From the NCBI RefSeq assembly GCF_009914755.1, contig NC_060935.1: a DNA stretch of 64,000 nt; one strand, given 5' to 3'. This DNA comes from the human T2T-CHM13v2.0 reference genome, Homo sapiens. The position numbers and the translations under genes were made by a program. Positions 63,301-64,000 of the stretch are shown one piece after another. Positions within the stretch are counted from its first letter, which is position 1. Each line of letters opens with the position of its first letter. The notes under the pieces were generated by a model that was not told the DNA's origin, ran no database searches, and saw only the letters and a list, made by a program, of their open reading frames with translations.

Positions 63301-64000
63301 CTCTGCAGGGGGCTCCTCCTTCTTCCTCGGAGACCCAGCCCCTTTGTCCAAGAACGTTTCCCCAGCTGTCAGTCCTCAGGAGCAGCTGACCGCCCCCGTG
63401 CGTCTCTTTGGACCTGAAGTGCGCCCTGGCGGTGCTTCGCTTTGGCCTGGGTGGGTTCCCCTGAACTGAGCTGTGCTGGGCTGGGCAGGGCCGTGCTTCC
63501 GCCAAGGGGACACTGGCCCAGCTGACTTCCTTGACTACTCAAGCACCTCTGGACCCAGTTGGGCGGGGCACACACAGGGGCCAACTCTGCATCTCTAGAA
63601 TGAATTCGCTCATGGCTGGAAGGGGGCTTGAGAGACGCTGGAGCTGCTAAGGGCCGGGGAACGTTCTGGAGGGCCAGAGAGTAAGGGGGACAGAGAGCCA
63701 GAACCGTGGCAGCCAGGCAGAGGCCACTCCTGAGGCCCTCCTCTGGGCAAGGAGGTGGATGCCCAGGCAGGCAGGGATGGGTGCCCCTTCCAGGTCCTCT
63801 CCTGAGACCCCAGCACCCTCCTCCAGGCTAGCCCCAGACTCCCACCCCTGCCTGTGCCCAAAGCTGCAGAATGCCCAGGCCAGATGGACATGTGGGGCTC
63901 TCGGGGACTGCAGGTGGCCGTGATGGTGTCGTGCAGCTGCTGCACTCCTGAGACCACAGCTAAGACACCGCCCCGTGGTGGCAGCGCCTGGGGGCCGCCT

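Noticed and set aside
57425-64000. OSBPL5 promoter or exon 1
   Set aside because: No CpG island or supportable first exon here; exon 2 has an acceptor, so exon 1 most likely lies beyond the window

Overview
Primate, almost certainly human, genomic DNA from chromosome 11p15.4, at the centromeric edge of the KCNQ1OT1 imprinted domain. The main feature is OSBPL5 (ORP5, an oxysterol-binding-protein-related lipid transfer protein) on the minus strand. I traced all 21 coding exons (exons 2-22) by their splice sites. They sum to 2640 nt, i.e. 879 aa plus stop, from ATG 57403 to TAG 15405. The 3'UTR runs to about 14316, and non-coding exon 1 lies beyond the right end. One intron uses a GC donor and splits the EQVSHHPP signature. 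Intron 7 holds a full two-LTR MER4A1-type ERV1 provirus with a CTGG target-site duplication. Downstream of the gene (1-14 kb) are four less obvious items: a frameshifted TNF-receptor cysteine-rich exon, probably the relic of the mouse Tnfrsf22/23/26 cluster; an Alu-interrupted processed pseudogene of PSMA1; and two locally templated insertions that look like template-switching scars. The rest is Alu/L1/MaLR/MIR/DNA-transposon repeats and several tandem repeats. I found no evidence of a wholly new biological system. All gene and repeat names come from recalled sequences, not database searches, and repeat boundaries are approximate.
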